DNA of 64,000 nucleotides from Candidatus Magasanikbacteria bacterium GW2011_GWC2_37_14 (GCA_000990355.1 LBSX01000001.1:3392-67391), one strand, 5' to 3'. Positions 38,497 through 48,939 are shown, counted from the stretch's first letter. The notes: generated by a model not told the origin, from the letters alone. Translations and numbers: made by a program.

Positions 38497-39939
38497 TTAA
38501 GCAAAAGGTAAATTGTCGTCGTAATTTATATGTCCAGCATCGGTGGTATAACCAATTTTTGGAGATTTTCCTTCTTCGATTTTTTTTGTTCTATTTTCTC
38601 CACTAGCCCAAACTGGATTTAAAAGCGATTCGACTGGTAAGCCTGTTGGAGGTTCTGATTGTTTGGCAGCCGCTTTTTGCAATAACGGAGTTTTTACATG
38701 CGACATTGGAAAATGCCAAAGTGTGGCTAATTCCATTATATTTAAAACATAAGGATTGGAACCAGCTTTGATTTTTCTTTTTTTGTAAGCTTTCATTAAT
38801 AAATTTTTACGATAATTAATAATACTTTTGGCAAAAAATGAGGTAGCGGCTGTTTTGTAAACTGCAGCCAAAGAATTAGCGTTGGGAATGTTGAATTGGG
38901 AAACCGCACCCATAAGAGCATGAACCCCACGTTCTTTTCTAAATACTTCTTTACGAGCTACATAGAGCCCACGCATTTTGGTTTTAAAACCAGTTTTTTG
39001 AATTTTATTTTCCATGCCCTCAATTAATTTGCCCTGCCCTGGGGATAATTCCTTTTTCTCTTCTTTTTCGTGTTCTTCTGCTTCTCCACCTTCGCGACCA
39101 AAAACTTGATCGCCAATAAATTCCAATGTTTTTAAAGTTGCGTCTGGTAATTTATCCAAAGCGCCAGACAAACCTCCGCCATGAGCATGCCCAACACCAG
39201 CAATTTCTTCAATTTTTTCTATAACTTCTTCTTTCCAATGATTGGAAATGGGCTCGACAATTATTTGAAACCACATTTGTTCACCAGAATTTAAACGAGC
39301 AAAACTTTCCAAAAAAGTACCCATGGGATCTTTTAAAACAGTATCCTTGGAAATTTTATGTTCAAATTCCTCGTAAGTACGTATAGGATATGCCCAATTT
39401 TCTGTGGGTCCAAAATCCGCAGCCCACATTTCGTATTCTTCGTTGGGAAATACATCCGGCAAATTTTTTACATAATCCTCTACTTCAACAATTTCGGCAT
39501 CAGGGTATTGGGCGTAAACTGCAGTTTCTACCAAATCACGGAATGTTTTTTCGGTACGTACCAAAAATTGAATATAACCTTCAATACTAATAACCTCAAA
39601 ACTAAACCACTGTTGTTTAAAACCATGCCAATACTTTTCGGTAATATCCACATGATTAAAAGCTCCGGAAATTTGACTGAACATTTGCTCTACTGCCATT
39701 GGCGTTTGGATATTTAAGGCTGGGATATCTATGGCCAAGACTTGCCATTCCCAATTATGGGTAAATTTTTCTTGACGATAATTTACCCATAGAAGTATTC
39801 CCGCATTGATAACGAAATAACCAAGAATAACCCAGCCACCAATTATAAATAAATCAAAAATTACTTTTGCTGGTGCTTGAGCAAAAAAGATAGACAAAAA
39901 ATTAAAATCCCAATTAACTGAATAAAAACCAAGATCCAT
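38497..39939 (-). CDS. hypothetical membrane-anchored protein
   Basis: 480 aa with N-terminal TM segments; no recognisable motif. Confidence 0.4.
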   Translation of the reverse strand: MDLGFYSVNWDFNFLSIFFAQAPAKVIFDLFIIGGWVILGYFVINAGILLWVNYRQEKFTHNWEWQVLAIDIPALNIQTPMAVEQMFSQISGAFNHVDITEKYWHGFKQQWFSFEVISIEGYIQFLVRTEKTFRDLVETAVYAQYPDAEIVEVEDYVKNLPDVFPNEEYEMWAADFGPTENWAYPIRTYEEFEHKISKDTVLKDPMGTFLESFARLNSGEQMWFQIIVEPISNHWKEEVIEKIEEIAGVGHAHGGGLSGALDKLPDATLKTLEFIGDQVFGREGGEAEEHEKEEKKELSPGQGKLIEGMENKIQKTGFKTKMRGLYVARKEVFRKERGVHALMGAVSQFNIPNANSLAAVYKTAATSFFAKSIINYRKNLLMKAYKKRKIKAGSNPYVLNIMELATLWHFPMSHVKTPLLQKAAAKQSEPPTGLPVESLLNPVWASGENRTKKIEEGKSPKIGYTTDAGHINYDDNLPFA

Positions 39940-39966
39940 AGTTTAGTAAGTTCACTACAAGTTAAT

Positions 39967-40140
39967 TTAATGATGCCCGCCAGCATCTACAAACTTAAAC
40001 ATGGCTACATAAATAATTATCAAGCCAAGAGCTGTCCACCACCAACCAACTTTTCCAGAAAAATACCCAGAAATATATGCCAAAAATGTAACCAAAGTAG
40101 CAGCCGAAGCTATTAAATGTCTTAAAATAGAATCTGTCAT
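39967..40140 (-). CDS. small hypothetical membrane protein (57 aa), below the ORF-track cutoff
   Basis: Manual translation: MTDSILRHLIASAATLVTFLAYISGYFSGKVGWWWTALGLIIIYVAMFKFVDAGGHH. Two predicted TM helices. Confidence 0.3.
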   Translation of the reverse strand: MTDSILRHLIASAATLVTFLAYISGYFSGKVGWWWTALGLIIIYVAMFKFVDAGGHH

Positions 40141-40148
40141 AATGTTTT

Positions 40149-40235
40149 GTCATTCCTGCACCCGTCTACACGAGTGTAAACTCCAGCAGAAAATTAGTTA
40201 TTTATTATATGGATCCCCGCCTTCGCGAGGATGAC
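40149..40235. repeat. Bipartite palindromic element (GTCATTCCTGCACCC... / GGATCCCCGCCTTCGCGAGGATGAC)
   Basis: GTCAT...ATGAC termini. The right arm closely matches the arms at 58217-58278 and 11919-11981. Confidence 0.65.
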
Positions 40236-40295
40236 AATGAGTAGTATACCACAAAAAATAAGCCCTGGAAACCAGGGCTTATTAATTTTTATTTT

Positions 40296-41219
40296 TTAGC
40301 GACTGCGACGATCAAATCTAAACCATTCTACCAAGAGTGGCGAAGCCACAAAAATTGAAGAATAAGCACCTAAGAAAATACCTACAAGCAAAGCTAGAGT
40401 AAAGTTTTTAATAGTTTCACCACCAATAAAATATAATACTGCCAATGTAAGTAAAGTGGTTAAAGTAGTATTAATTGAACGAGCAAAAGTTTGATTTATA
40501 GCTACATTTACAGTATCAGGAAAATTTTCCGCACTATGACGAATTAAATTTTCACGAATACGGTCAAAAACTACAATCGTATCATTTACTGAATAACCCA
40601 AAATTGTTAACAAGGCCACTACAAATGGTATGTCCACTTCTATACCGGCAAAATGACCCAAAAAAGCAAAAACACCAGCGGTAATTGTAACGTCATGAAA
40701 TAAAGCTACAACAGCTACTAATCCATACTTCCATGAAGCTACTGGACGAGAAACTTTTCTAAATGAATAAGCAATATACAAAATAATACCCACAACTACT
40801 ACAAACAATGCATAAAGTGAACGAGACTTTAATTCTTTACTTACTGCAGGACCAATAGTTTCAAAACGTACTTCTAAGACTTTGTTATTATCTTTTTCAA
40901 AATCAGTGCGTATTTTATTTAATACTTTGGTATGATCAGCATCACTTAAAAATGGCATTTTTACAATTAACCCTTTTTCATTGGTTTCTTGTACAGAAAT
41001 ACTACCCAAAGACAAACTTTCAATACTAGCTTTAACTTCGGTAACTACTGGTACATTTTCTGTAAAACGTGTTTCTAACAATGAGCCACCTTTGAAATCA
41101 TTACCAGTTTTTAAGCCAAAAACCAAAAGAGCAACCACACTTACCACAAACAAGGCTCCGGACAAAGCCAAATTAATATAACGATGTTTAATAATATTTA
41201 CCATATAATTATTGATCAA
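40296..41219 (-). CDS. secF: protein translocase subunit SecF
   Basis: 307 aa; 6-TM SecF topology and motifs. Overlaps secD by 11 nt. Confidence 0.85.
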   Translation of the reverse strand: MINNYMVNIIKHRYINLALSGALFVVSVVALLVFGLKTGNDFKGGSLLETRFTENVPVVTEVKASIESLSLGSISVQETNEKGLIVKMPFLSDADHTKVLNKIRTDFEKDNNKVLEVRFETIGPAVSKELKSRSLYALFVVVVGIILYIAYSFRKVSRPVASWKYGLVAVVALFHDVTITAGVFAFLGHFAGIEVDIPFVVALLTILGYSVNDTIVVFDRIRENLIRHSAENFPDTVNVAINQTFARSINTTLTTLLTLAVLYFIGGETIKNFTLALLVGIFLGAYSSIFVASPLLVEWFRFDRRSR

Positions 41220-43254
41220 TTTTCTTAGAGCCTAAAAATAAACGATTACCAAATTCACCAAACCAAGGAATAATAAAACGCACCAAAGTTCGAGAAACAG
41301 TAATAGCTGTAAACATGCTTGTTAACACGCCAATAGTCAAGGTAACCGCGAAACCTTGGACAAAACTAGATCCAAACCAAATTAAAATTACACAGGTAAT
41401 AAGTGTAGAAATGTTACTATCACGTATAGAAGGCCAGGCGCGTAAAAATCCTTCTTCGGCTGCTGCTTTTAGACTCTTACCGCTACGCAATTCTTCTTTC
41501 ATGCGTTCAAAAATTAAAACATTTGCATCTACCGCCATACCAATAGACATAATAAAACCAGCAATACCAGACAATGTAAGTGTGGCCCCAATTAATTTGG
41601 TTACTGCCAAAACAAGCATGGCATATAATGATAAAGCAAAAACTGACAAAAGCCCTGGCAAACGATAATAAATAATCATGAAAATTGCTACCAAAATTAT
41701 ACCAACTAAACCAGCTTTTAAACTTTTGTCTAAGGATTCACTGCCTAAACTAGCACCAATAGTTTGTTGGGAAATTAATTCTACTGGTACAGGCAAAGCC
41801 CCAGCATTAAGTCGTTGGGATAACAATTTAGCTTCTTGTAAATCAAAAGCACCAGTAATCACTGCTTGACCATCGCGAATTGGAGTGTTTACAGTAGGCA
41901 CAGAAATTGCCACACCATCCAAAAATATTGCTACTGGTTTACCAACATTACGTTCGGTAACATCTTTAAACAATTCTTTGCCTTCGTCATTAAATTGTAA
42001 GGACACTTGAACCTCTCCAGTATTTTGATCAGTAACAACTTCGGAACGTTTTAATTGTTTACCCGAAAGACCGGTGCTTTTCCATTGATCTTGTGGAGGA
42101 ATAATATCGACCTCGGTCTTAGTTTTAATTAACACACGATAAAGTTCATATTCCTTACTTTGACGTTCATTAACTTTGTAAATTACATGATAACCAAATT
42201 CTGTTTCTACTGGTCCAATAATTTCACCTACTTTGGCTTTAAAAACAGCTTCACCAAATGCCGGAACCATTACCTCTTTGGTAAAATAACCCAAATCACC
42301 ACCAATAACTTTGGAACCAGGATCACTAGAATTTTGTTTAGCTAAATCAGCAAAATTTTGAGCATTAGCTTGGTTATACAATTCTTGTGCTTTTTTAAAA
42401 GCCTCTTCTTTACTATATATTGGATTTTCACAATTTTTGGCTCCTAAATAACAAATTAAAATATGGCTAGCTTGTACTTCGGTTACCCCATTTTGTTCTT
42501 TACCTCTTTTTAAAACATTATAGCCAACCAAAGATTCAATTGGCTCTTTGCTAATGGTATTTTCTAAATTTTTACTAGCCCATTCATATAAAGCACTATC
42601 AGGATTATTTTTTGCTACAAAACCCAAATAGCCACCATTATTTTTACTAGTTGTATCTTCGGAATAATCAGTAACCACTTTTGCAAAATCTGTGCCAGCT
42701 TTAATCTTGTTCAAAGCTTCGGTAGCTTTAACTTTAGCATTTTTGTTATAAGTTTCTAACTCCTTTTTTTCTTCGGCAGTTAAAGTACGAGCTGGTTCAT
42801 TATTTTGTTCTTTAAACTCCAAAATTGGTGTACCACCAATCATTTGAATAGCTTTTTTAACATCATTAATACCTGGTAATTCCACCATTACTCGATAATT
42901 TTCACCCACTTTGGTAGTTTGCACAACTGGTTCTGATACTCCCAAGCCATTTACCCGACGTTCAATTACATCACGTACACCTTCTACAGCTGTAGATCTT
43001 TCGGCCTGAGCAATATTTGCCACATCGGCTTGGTACAACAAATGAGCACCACCTTGTAAATCCAAGCCTAAATTAAAACCTTTTTCCGGAACTTTTGGCA
43101 AACCCAGGGCAGTTTTGGTATTTACCCAATTTACACCTTTATTAAAATAGGCGGGAAAGTCAAAAACACCACTTATAAAAAAGAGAGCAATAATTCCCAC
43201 TATACCCCAACGAATTTTAGCTCGTAGGTTTGTTTTGTTTTGTTTAATAACCAT
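41209..43254 (-). CDS. secD: protein translocase subunit SecD with an embedded parvulin (PpiC-type) PPIase domain
   Basis: 681 aa. SecD N-terminal TM plus periplasmic domain and a C-terminal 6-TM bundle. Inside the periplasmic region (aa ~253-358, nt ~42180-42500) is GVTEVQASHILICYLGAKN...GGDLGYFTKEVMVPAFGEAVF...GPVETEFGYHVIYKV, the PpiC/parvulin rotamase signature. Confidence 0.8.
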   Translation of the reverse strand: MVIKQNKTNLRAKIRWGIVGIIALFFISGVFDFPAYFNKGVNWVNTKTALGLPKVPEKGFNLGLDLQGGAHLLYQADVANIAQAERSTAVEGVRDVIERRVNGLGVSEPVVQTTKVGENYRVMVELPGINDVKKAIQMIGGTPILEFKEQNNEPARTLTAEEKKELETYNKNAKVKATEALNKIKAGTDFAKVVTDYSEDTTSKNNGGYLGFVAKNNPDSALYEWASKNLENTISKEPIESLVGYNVLKRGKEQNGVTEVQASHILICYLGAKNCENPIYSKEEAFKKAQELYNQANAQNFADLAKQNSSDPGSKVIGGDLGYFTKEVMVPAFGEAVFKAKVGEIIGPVETEFGYHVIYKVNERQSKEYELYRVLIKTKTEVDIIPPQDQWKSTGLSGKQLKRSEVVTDQNTGEVQVSLQFNDEGKELFKDVTERNVGKPVAIFLDGVAISVPTVNTPIRDGQAVITGAFDLQEAKLLSQRLNAGALPVPVELISQQTIGASLGSESLDKSLKAGLVGIILVAIFMIIYYRLPGLLSVFALSLYAMLVLAVTKLIGATLTLSGIAGFIMSIGMAVDANVLIFERMKEELRSGKSLKAAAEEGFLRAWPSIRDSNISTLITCVILIWFGSSFVQGFAVTLTIGVLTSMFTAITVSRTLVRFIIPWFGEFGNRLFLGSKKIDQ

Positions 43255-43364
43255 AAATAAAAATAGCTAATAAGTAATGGGCCTATTTTATATTAACTTG
43301 GCTTTTCCGTCAAGTGATTTAGTCACAAGAAAAAACCGGCATTTAGCCGGTCTTTTCATTTATT

Positions 43365-44324
43365 CTATCTAACGGGGATTGCTTTGAGATCATTTGTTAC
43401 TGGCTTATACAATTCCGGATCAATGGTGCGACTAAAACAAACTCGGCCAGATACGTGAATCCAGTTTTGTGAATAAGCACTATCGTAAGGCTGGGTATAA
43501 AAATTAGGCGCCGCGGCAATACCATAATCTTTATCGGCTGTGGCAAAGTTAGCACAAAGTTCAAAAGCTAAAGCACTAATAATATTGTATTCATAATCAA
43601 CTTTTGTGTTTGGATCAGTAGGAATAAGCAACCCAGAAATACTATCATTTAAATCAACTAGTTTGACTGGTAATTTTTGTTTTTTGGTCCAATAATCTAC
43701 AATTTGATTTTGTAAAATTTGTAAATCATTGATTCTTTTTTCATCAAAACGACGATTACGTTGTGCACCTGGAGTACCCACAATAAAAAAACCAATAATA
43801 ATACTAGCTAAAACAACTACCGAAACAACTACAGTTAAAATTAAAGGAATTTTTGATAGTGATTCTTTGCGTTTTAAATCCCAGAGGTAATAGGCAAAAA
43901 CCGCAACGGCTACCAAGAGTACAACCAAAACTTTTAGGAAAAAACGCAGGCTTAATTCACCATTCAAAAAATTATAAACAAAAATCATTAAGTCAACAAT
44001 AATAGTAATTGCTGAAATAAACAAAGTAAAATACGTAAGCCACTTGCGTAATTTTAAATCTCGTTTTTCGGGAGTAATTTTTAAATCCTTTTCTAAAAAC
44101 CAGGTAGTTAACAAATAAGCAGGCACAGCTACAAAAAGAATTGAACTGGACCAGCGCACGCCATCGGAAATACCGCTAAAATAATAATTTAGGGCATCTG
44201 GGAACTTGGCATTGATGTAATTTACGTAAAGGGTAATAAAACCAATGACACTTAAATAAAACGTAACAATATTAAACAAATGCAAAAACACATCTTTGGG
44301 TGTGCTTTTTAAATGATTTTCCAT
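43365..44324 (-). CDS. hypothetical integral membrane protein
   Basis: 319 aa, 5-6 N-terminal TM helices then a soluble C-domain. Confidence 0.4.
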   Translation of the reverse strand: MENHLKSTPKDVFLHLFNIVTFYLSVIGFITLYVNYINAKFPDALNYYFSGISDGVRWSSSILFVAVPAYLLTTWFLEKDLKITPEKRDLKLRKWLTYFTLFISAITIIVDLMIFVYNFLNGELSLRFFLKVLVVLLVAVAVFAYYLWDLKRKESLSKIPLILTVVVSVVVLASIIIGFFIVGTPGAQRNRRFDEKRINDLQILQNQIVDYWTKKQKLPVKLVDLNDSISGLLIPTDPNTKVDYEYNIISALAFELCANFATADKDYGIAAAPNFYTQPYDSAYSQNWIHVSGRVCFSRTIDPELYKPVTNDLKAIPVR

Positions 44325-44385
44325 ATTCCTTAAGTTTAATAATTAAGATATTTATTATAGCATCTAACTGTGTAGATTACAAAAA

Positions 44386-44560
44386 ACAAAAAACCGCCTT
44401 TTCTCCTTGCTCAAATTATTATTTTTAATAAGCTGAATAGGGTGGCGGTTTTTGTCACCCATTTTTGCTTGGGTGCGCCCGGAAGTGGGCGAAGGTGCGA
44501 GAGGTGGGCGCTGCTAAACAGCGAAAGGCGACGACGAATCCAGGAAGGTGCGGAAGGTAG
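44386..44560. repeat. GC-rich ~170-bp repeat, copy A (inverted relative to copy B at 49095-49268)
   Basis: The reverse complement of 49150-49266 matches 44386-44500 almost exactly (ggtggcggtttttgtcacccatttttgcttgggtgcgcccggaagtgggcg, plus the hairpin aaaaaccgcc...ggcggttttt). Similarity then decays over the next ~70 bp. Confidence 0.75.
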
Positions 44561-44878
44561 CACAATGAACTTCTCGTTCACGTCTGGTGATCCGAGAACG
44601 CTTCAGAAAATCGGCCAGCTCCACAGCAACCTGTGTAAGTGGCACTTCCGCCGCAAAGGCCCGAACGTTGACACGAAGGGGGAAAGCATCGATCAGGACA
44701 CCAGGGGCACTCTTGCCATCTGGTTCGGCGTGCTTGAAGTTCACTCGGTACTTCATCACTCACTCCATGTCCTAGTTGTTGAGCACAAGTCCCACAACAT
44801 AATGCCAGAAAAAAACAAAAAAGTCAAGGATAAAAAAATGACCCTACCATATAATAGGGCCATTTTAAATTATTAAAA

Positions 44879-45331
44879 TTATTTTTTGAGTAAATCAGCC
44901 GGTAAAACCCATTTACTAATTGTCATAGCATTACAGGCCTGAGCTTGGTAACCTGCTTCTTCGGCAGAAATTGGCTGTCCGCCATAATTATATGACCAGG
45001 CAATACTTTCAGAAACAGTACCTGGAGTAGCTTGGCAACCACCCAAGTCTGAGTAAGGACAGCCATCTAGAGAAAATTTTCCTTCTTCGCAAGACAATCT
45101 CATACGATCTTCTGTAAATATTTCACCAATAAAATCAAAACAAGTACTTTTACTTTCAATCATATTACAACTACCACGTACTTTACTTTCGGTTTTGGTT
45201 TCTAATAGTGGCAAAACATCATTTTCATAATTAATTTCTTGGTCTTTTGGCACTTCGCTACAACCTCCACCAACCAACAATACTGCCATGACACTTGTTA
45301 ATAGAATTTTATAATTATTCAAAATTTTCAT
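44879..45331 (-). CDS. Cys-rich putative lipoprotein
   Basis: Signal peptide plus lipobox-like LVGGGC; 8 further Cys. Confidence 0.5.
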   Translation of the reverse strand: MKILNNYKILLTSVMAVLLVGGGCSEVPKDQEINYENDVLPLLETKTESKVRGSCNMIESKSTCFDFIGEIFTEDRMRLSCEEGKFSLDGCPYSDLGGCQATPGTVSESIAWSYNYGGQPISAEEAGYQAQACNAMTISKWVLPADLLKK

Positions 45332-45354
45332 AATATTATAATAATATTTAATTA

Positions 45355-45888
45355 TTACTCCTCAATAATTTCTACTTCGTTTATTATTACCGGTTCTACA
45401 GGTGTAGAAGCTTCACCCATTAAACTATAAGTAACCGGAGAAGTAGCAATTACATCAACTATTTCTAGGCCATTTACGACTTTGCCAAAGATTGTATAAT
45501 TTGGTGGCAAAGGTACATCGGCATGCATAATAAAAAATTGACTGCCATTGGTATGAGCGCCGGCATTGGCCATTGCCAAAACTCCTCGTTCGTAGGTGCC
45601 AGAAAATTTTTCATCTTTAAATTTGTAACCCGGGCCACCAGCACCAGTGCCACTAGGATCACCACCTTGAATCATAAAACCATCAATTACACGGTGAAAA
45701 ATTACTTGATTATAGAAATCAGTACTAGCTAAATATACAAAATTATTTACCGTAACAGGCACAGCTTCGTGATTTAGTTCTGCTAAAATTTCGCCTTTGC
45801 TAGTTTTTATTTTGGCTTTATATTTTTTACCACTACTTAAAACCGAATGTTTTTCTGGATGAAAATCTGCTATTTTTTCTTTTTTCAT
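45355..45888 (-). CDS. ppiB: peptidyl-prolyl cis-trans isomerase, cyclophilin type
   Basis: 177 aa; FHRVIDGFMIQGGDPSGTGAGGPGYKFKDE and HTNGSQFFI motifs. Confidence 0.85.
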   Translation of the reverse strand: MKKEKIADFHPEKHSVLSSGKKYKAKIKTSKGEILAELNHEAVPVTVNNFVYLASTDFYNQVIFHRVIDGFMIQGGDPSGTGAGGPGYKFKDEKFSGTYERGVLAMANAGAHTNGSQFFIMHADVPLPPNYTIFGKVVNGLEIVDVIATSPVTYSLMGEASTPVEPVIINEVEIIEE

Positions 45889-45900
45889 AAAAATTAATTA

Positions 45901-48804
45901 TTAAGCGCCATGACACTTTTTGTATTTTTTTCCACTCCCACAAGGACAAGGATCATTTCTGCCAATTTTTTCTCCGGTTTCTTCGTTCCGAGGTTTACTC
46001 TCTGTTTGTCCACTAGCCAATTCTACCGAATCACTACCTTTTAAAACCATTTTTTCCGAAGCCATAATTGACGGTGCCAACTGAATACCCAAACCAATTT
46101 TGAAAAATGAATATACTACTTCTTTTTGAATTCCACTAAGCAATTCATTAAACATTTGATAGGTTTCTTTTTTGTATTCTACCAGTGGATCACGTTGGCC
46201 ATAACCACGGAGTCCTATACCAGTACGCAAATAATCAATCGCTACCAAGTGATCTACCCAAAAACTATCTATGGAACGAAGCAAAATATTTTTTTCTAAT
46301 TCATGCATCGCACGCTCTCCTTCTTCTGACGTTCCAAAATTAGACATTACCTTTTCTTTAAAAACCTCATATTCTTTTTCGGCCTTATTCATTAAAAACT
46401 TTACAATTTCATCACGCACCACCACGTCTTCTAATTTGGAATTGCCATTTTTGGTTAAGTGTAACAAGGTCTCACGTTCTTCGTTGGTAAAAGAAAAAAT
46501 AGTATGCATGGTTTCGTAAATTTCTTTGAGATCCCATTCATTTTTGTCGGGTAAATTGGTATGAAAAGAAACGACAAAATTTATTTCTTCGGCAATTAAA
46601 TCCATGATTGTTTCTTGTAAACTAAGATATTTCTTATCAAAGTCATGAGAATTTTCGTCTTTAATAACTTCTTCTTGATTTACTTTAAAATTTGCAGCTA
46701 AATTTAAAATCTGACGTCGTTTTTTGTAAATTACATCGCGATGTTTGTTTAAGACATCATCATATTCCAACAAATGTTTACGAGAATCAAAATGAAAACC
46801 TTCAACTTTCTTTTGTGCGCCTTCCAACATGCGAGTAATCATGCGTTGTTCAATTGGCATGTCTTCGGGCACTTTTAATGTGGTCATGACACTCTTAATT
46901 CGGTCGCCAGCAAAAATTCGCATTAAGTCATCTTCGGTAGACACAAAAAATTGGGTTTCACCAGGATCACCTTGACGAGCACTACGACCACGAAGTTGAT
47001 TATCAATACGACGTGCTTCGTGGCGTTCGGTACCAAGCACAAACAAACCACCAGCTTGGCAAACAATCTCTGCCTCTTCTTTATTTATTGGGTTGCCACC
47101 AAGCTTAATGTCTACACCACGACCAGCCATATTAGTGGCCAAGGTAATTGCGCCTGGTCTACCTGCTTGGGCAATAATTTCCGCTTCACGTTCGTGATTT
47201 TTGGCATTTAAAATTTCATGTTTAATGCCTTCTACTGTTAAGTAAGCACTTAATTCTTCATTTTTTTCTACCGAAATAGTACCAATCAACATTGGCTGAT
47301 TTTTGGCTCGACATTCTTTGATTTTTTCAATGATTGCTTTGTTTTTGGCGCGTTCATGACGATAAATACGATCGGGATGATCAACTCGTTGATCACCCTT
47401 GTTGGTAGGAATAGTAATAACATCCAAATTATATATTTTACCAAATTCTTCTTTTTCGGTTTCGGCCGTACCAGTCATACCCGATAACTTGCGGTACATG
47501 CGAAATAAATTTTGGAAAGTAATTGTGGCCAAAGTTTGACTTTCGCGTTGGATTTTAACATTTTCTTTGGCTTCAATAGCTTGATGAAGTCCTTCGGAAT
47601 AACGACGGCCTGGCATTTTGCGTCCCGTAAATTCGTCGATAATAATAATTTCACCGTTATCGACAATATAATCACGATCACGTTTGAATAATACTTCGGC
47701 TTTTAAAGCTTGTTCGATATGATGGACTAATTTTATACCACCTTCTTCGTAAATATTGGCCACATTTAACCATTTTTCAAATTTGGCAATGCCTTGTTCG
47801 GTAAGAGTGGCCGAACGCATTTTTTCGTCCAAATTATAATCTCCCAAATCGTCGGGATTAACTGGAGTATTGTCGTTTTTACTAAGCATGCCAAAACCAG
47901 TGGTATCTTTTACAGTTTTATCTTCTTTTAATTGACGAACTAATTTGGCAAATTGATAATACTGATCTGTGGCTTCTTCGGCTGGGGCAGAAATAATTAG
48001 CGGAGTACGAGCTTCATCAATTAGAATAGAATCTACTTCGTCGACAATTGCATAATGCATTTCATCACCAGGGCGCATTACCATTTCTTCCAAACTCTGT
48101 ACCATGTTGTCGCGCAAATAATCAAAACCAAATTCATTGTTGGTACCATAAGTAATATCACAACGATAAGTTTCTTGGCGTGAACAAGGAACAAGAAATT
48201 CATCTTCAATTTTAAAACTTTCTATTTCACTTTCTTTTTCTAATTCTTCAACTTTGCGGATTTCCTCCCCTTGGAAAGGGGAGGTTGGGAGGGGTTGATT
48301 TTTATTAGCATTATATTTATACGACACGCGCATGTTTTGAATAATACCCACACTCATGCCCAAAAAATCATAAATTTTACTCATCCATACAGCATCGCGT
48401 TTGGCCAAATAATCATTGACAGTTACTACATGCACACCTTTGCCTTCCAAAGCATTTAAATAAACCGGCAAAGTGGCTACCAAAGTTTTACCTTCACCAG
48501 TACGCATTTCGGCAATACTACCTTTGTGCAACATGGTGCCACCAATAAGTTGTACATCGTAGTGACGCATACCTAAAACACGGTGTGCAGTTTCGCGCAC
48601 CGTAGCAAAAGCTTCTGGTAAAATATCATCCAATGTTTCGCCTTTAACCAGACGTTCTTTAAATTCAATAGTTTTGTGTTTTAGTTCATCATCAGTTAAT
48701 TTTTGCCAAGCAGGTTCTAAACTATTAACTTTTTCAACAATCGGCTGAACTGCACGAACAAATTTTTTACTAGGATCGCCAAATATTTTTTCAAGAAATT
48801 GCAT
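45901..48804 (-). CDS. secA: preprotein translocase ATPase SecA (with an in-frame hairpin insert near the N-terminus)
   Basis: 967 aa; DEAD-like motor motifs. C-terminal zinc finger CPCGSGKKYKKCHG. The insert at 48258-48300 (cccctcccaacctcccctttccaaggggagg) encodes ..SPFQGEEIRK.. Confidence 0.9.
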   Translation of the reverse strand: MQFLEKIFGDPSKKFVRAVQPIVEKVNSLEPAWQKLTDDELKHKTIEFKERLVKGETLDDILPEAFATVRETAHRVLGMRHYDVQLIGGTMLHKGSIAEMRTGEGKTLVATLPVYLNALEGKGVHVVTVNDYLAKRDAVWMSKIYDFLGMSVGIIQNMRVSYKYNANKNQPLPTSPFQGEEIRKVEELEKESEIESFKIEDEFLVPCSRQETYRCDITYGTNNEFGFDYLRDNMVQSLEEMVMRPGDEMHYAIVDEVDSILIDEARTPLIISAPAEEATDQYYQFAKLVRQLKEDKTVKDTTGFGMLSKNDNTPVNPDDLGDYNLDEKMRSATLTEQGIAKFEKWLNVANIYEEGGIKLVHHIEQALKAEVLFKRDRDYIVDNGEIIIIDEFTGRKMPGRRYSEGLHQAIEAKENVKIQRESQTLATITFQNLFRMYRKLSGMTGTAETEKEEFGKIYNLDVITIPTNKGDQRVDHPDRIYRHERAKNKAIIEKIKECRAKNQPMLIGTISVEKNEELSAYLTVEGIKHEILNAKNHEREAEIIAQAGRPGAITLATNMAGRGVDIKLGGNPINKEEAEIVCQAGGLFVLGTERHEARRIDNQLRGRSARQGDPGETQFFVSTEDDLMRIFAGDRIKSVMTTLKVPEDMPIEQRMITRMLEGAQKKVEGFHFDSRKHLLEYDDVLNKHRDVIYKKRRQILNLAANFKVNQEEVIKDENSHDFDKKYLSLQETIMDLIAEEINFVVSFHTNLPDKNEWDLKEIYETMHTIFSFTNEERETLLHLTKNGNSKLEDVVVRDEIVKFLMNKAEKEYEVFKEKVMSNFGTSEEGERAMHELEKNILLRSIDSFWVDHLVAIDYLRTGIGLRGYGQRDPLVEYKKETYQMFNELLSGIQKEVVYSFFKIGLGIQLAPSIMASEKMVLKGSDSVELASGQTESKPRNEETGEKIGRNDPCPCGSGKKYKKCHGA

Positions 48805-48817
48805 AAAATAATAATAT

Positions 48818-48845
48818 TCCCCTCCCCCTTGTAGGGGGAGGAAAA
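48818..48845. repeat. GC hairpin ttcccctccccc-ttgta-gggggaggaaa in the secA 5' UTR
   Basis: Perfect 10-bp G/C stem 14 nt upstream of the secA ATG. It sequesters a GGAGG that could serve as the SD. Related hairpins are at 48258-48300, 49264-49300 and 49350-49380. Confidence 0.6.
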
Positions 48846-48939
48846 TTTAAAAGTCCATCAAATTATATCAAAGAGCAGGACTTTTGTCTACCCCTTGACC
48901 CTTCAAATCAGGGTCAAGCCTGAGTACACAGCCGAAGGC

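Noticed and set aside
44500-44570. SRP-RNA-like GGAAGG motif (ccaggaaggtgcggaaggtagcac) in repeat copy A
   Set aside because: Only a superficial resemblance to the domain IV consensus. The flanking helices and GNAR tetraloop context are not evident. Cannot be confirmed without a covariance model.
44442-44876. Overlapping ORFs 44442-44876+, 44578-44763-, 44587-44775+ in GC-rich repeat copy A
   Set aside because: Mutually exclusive overlapping frames in a GC-rich repeat. Only the 44514-44759 minus ORF has an SD-like sequence, and even that is left as speculative in the findings rather than annotated.
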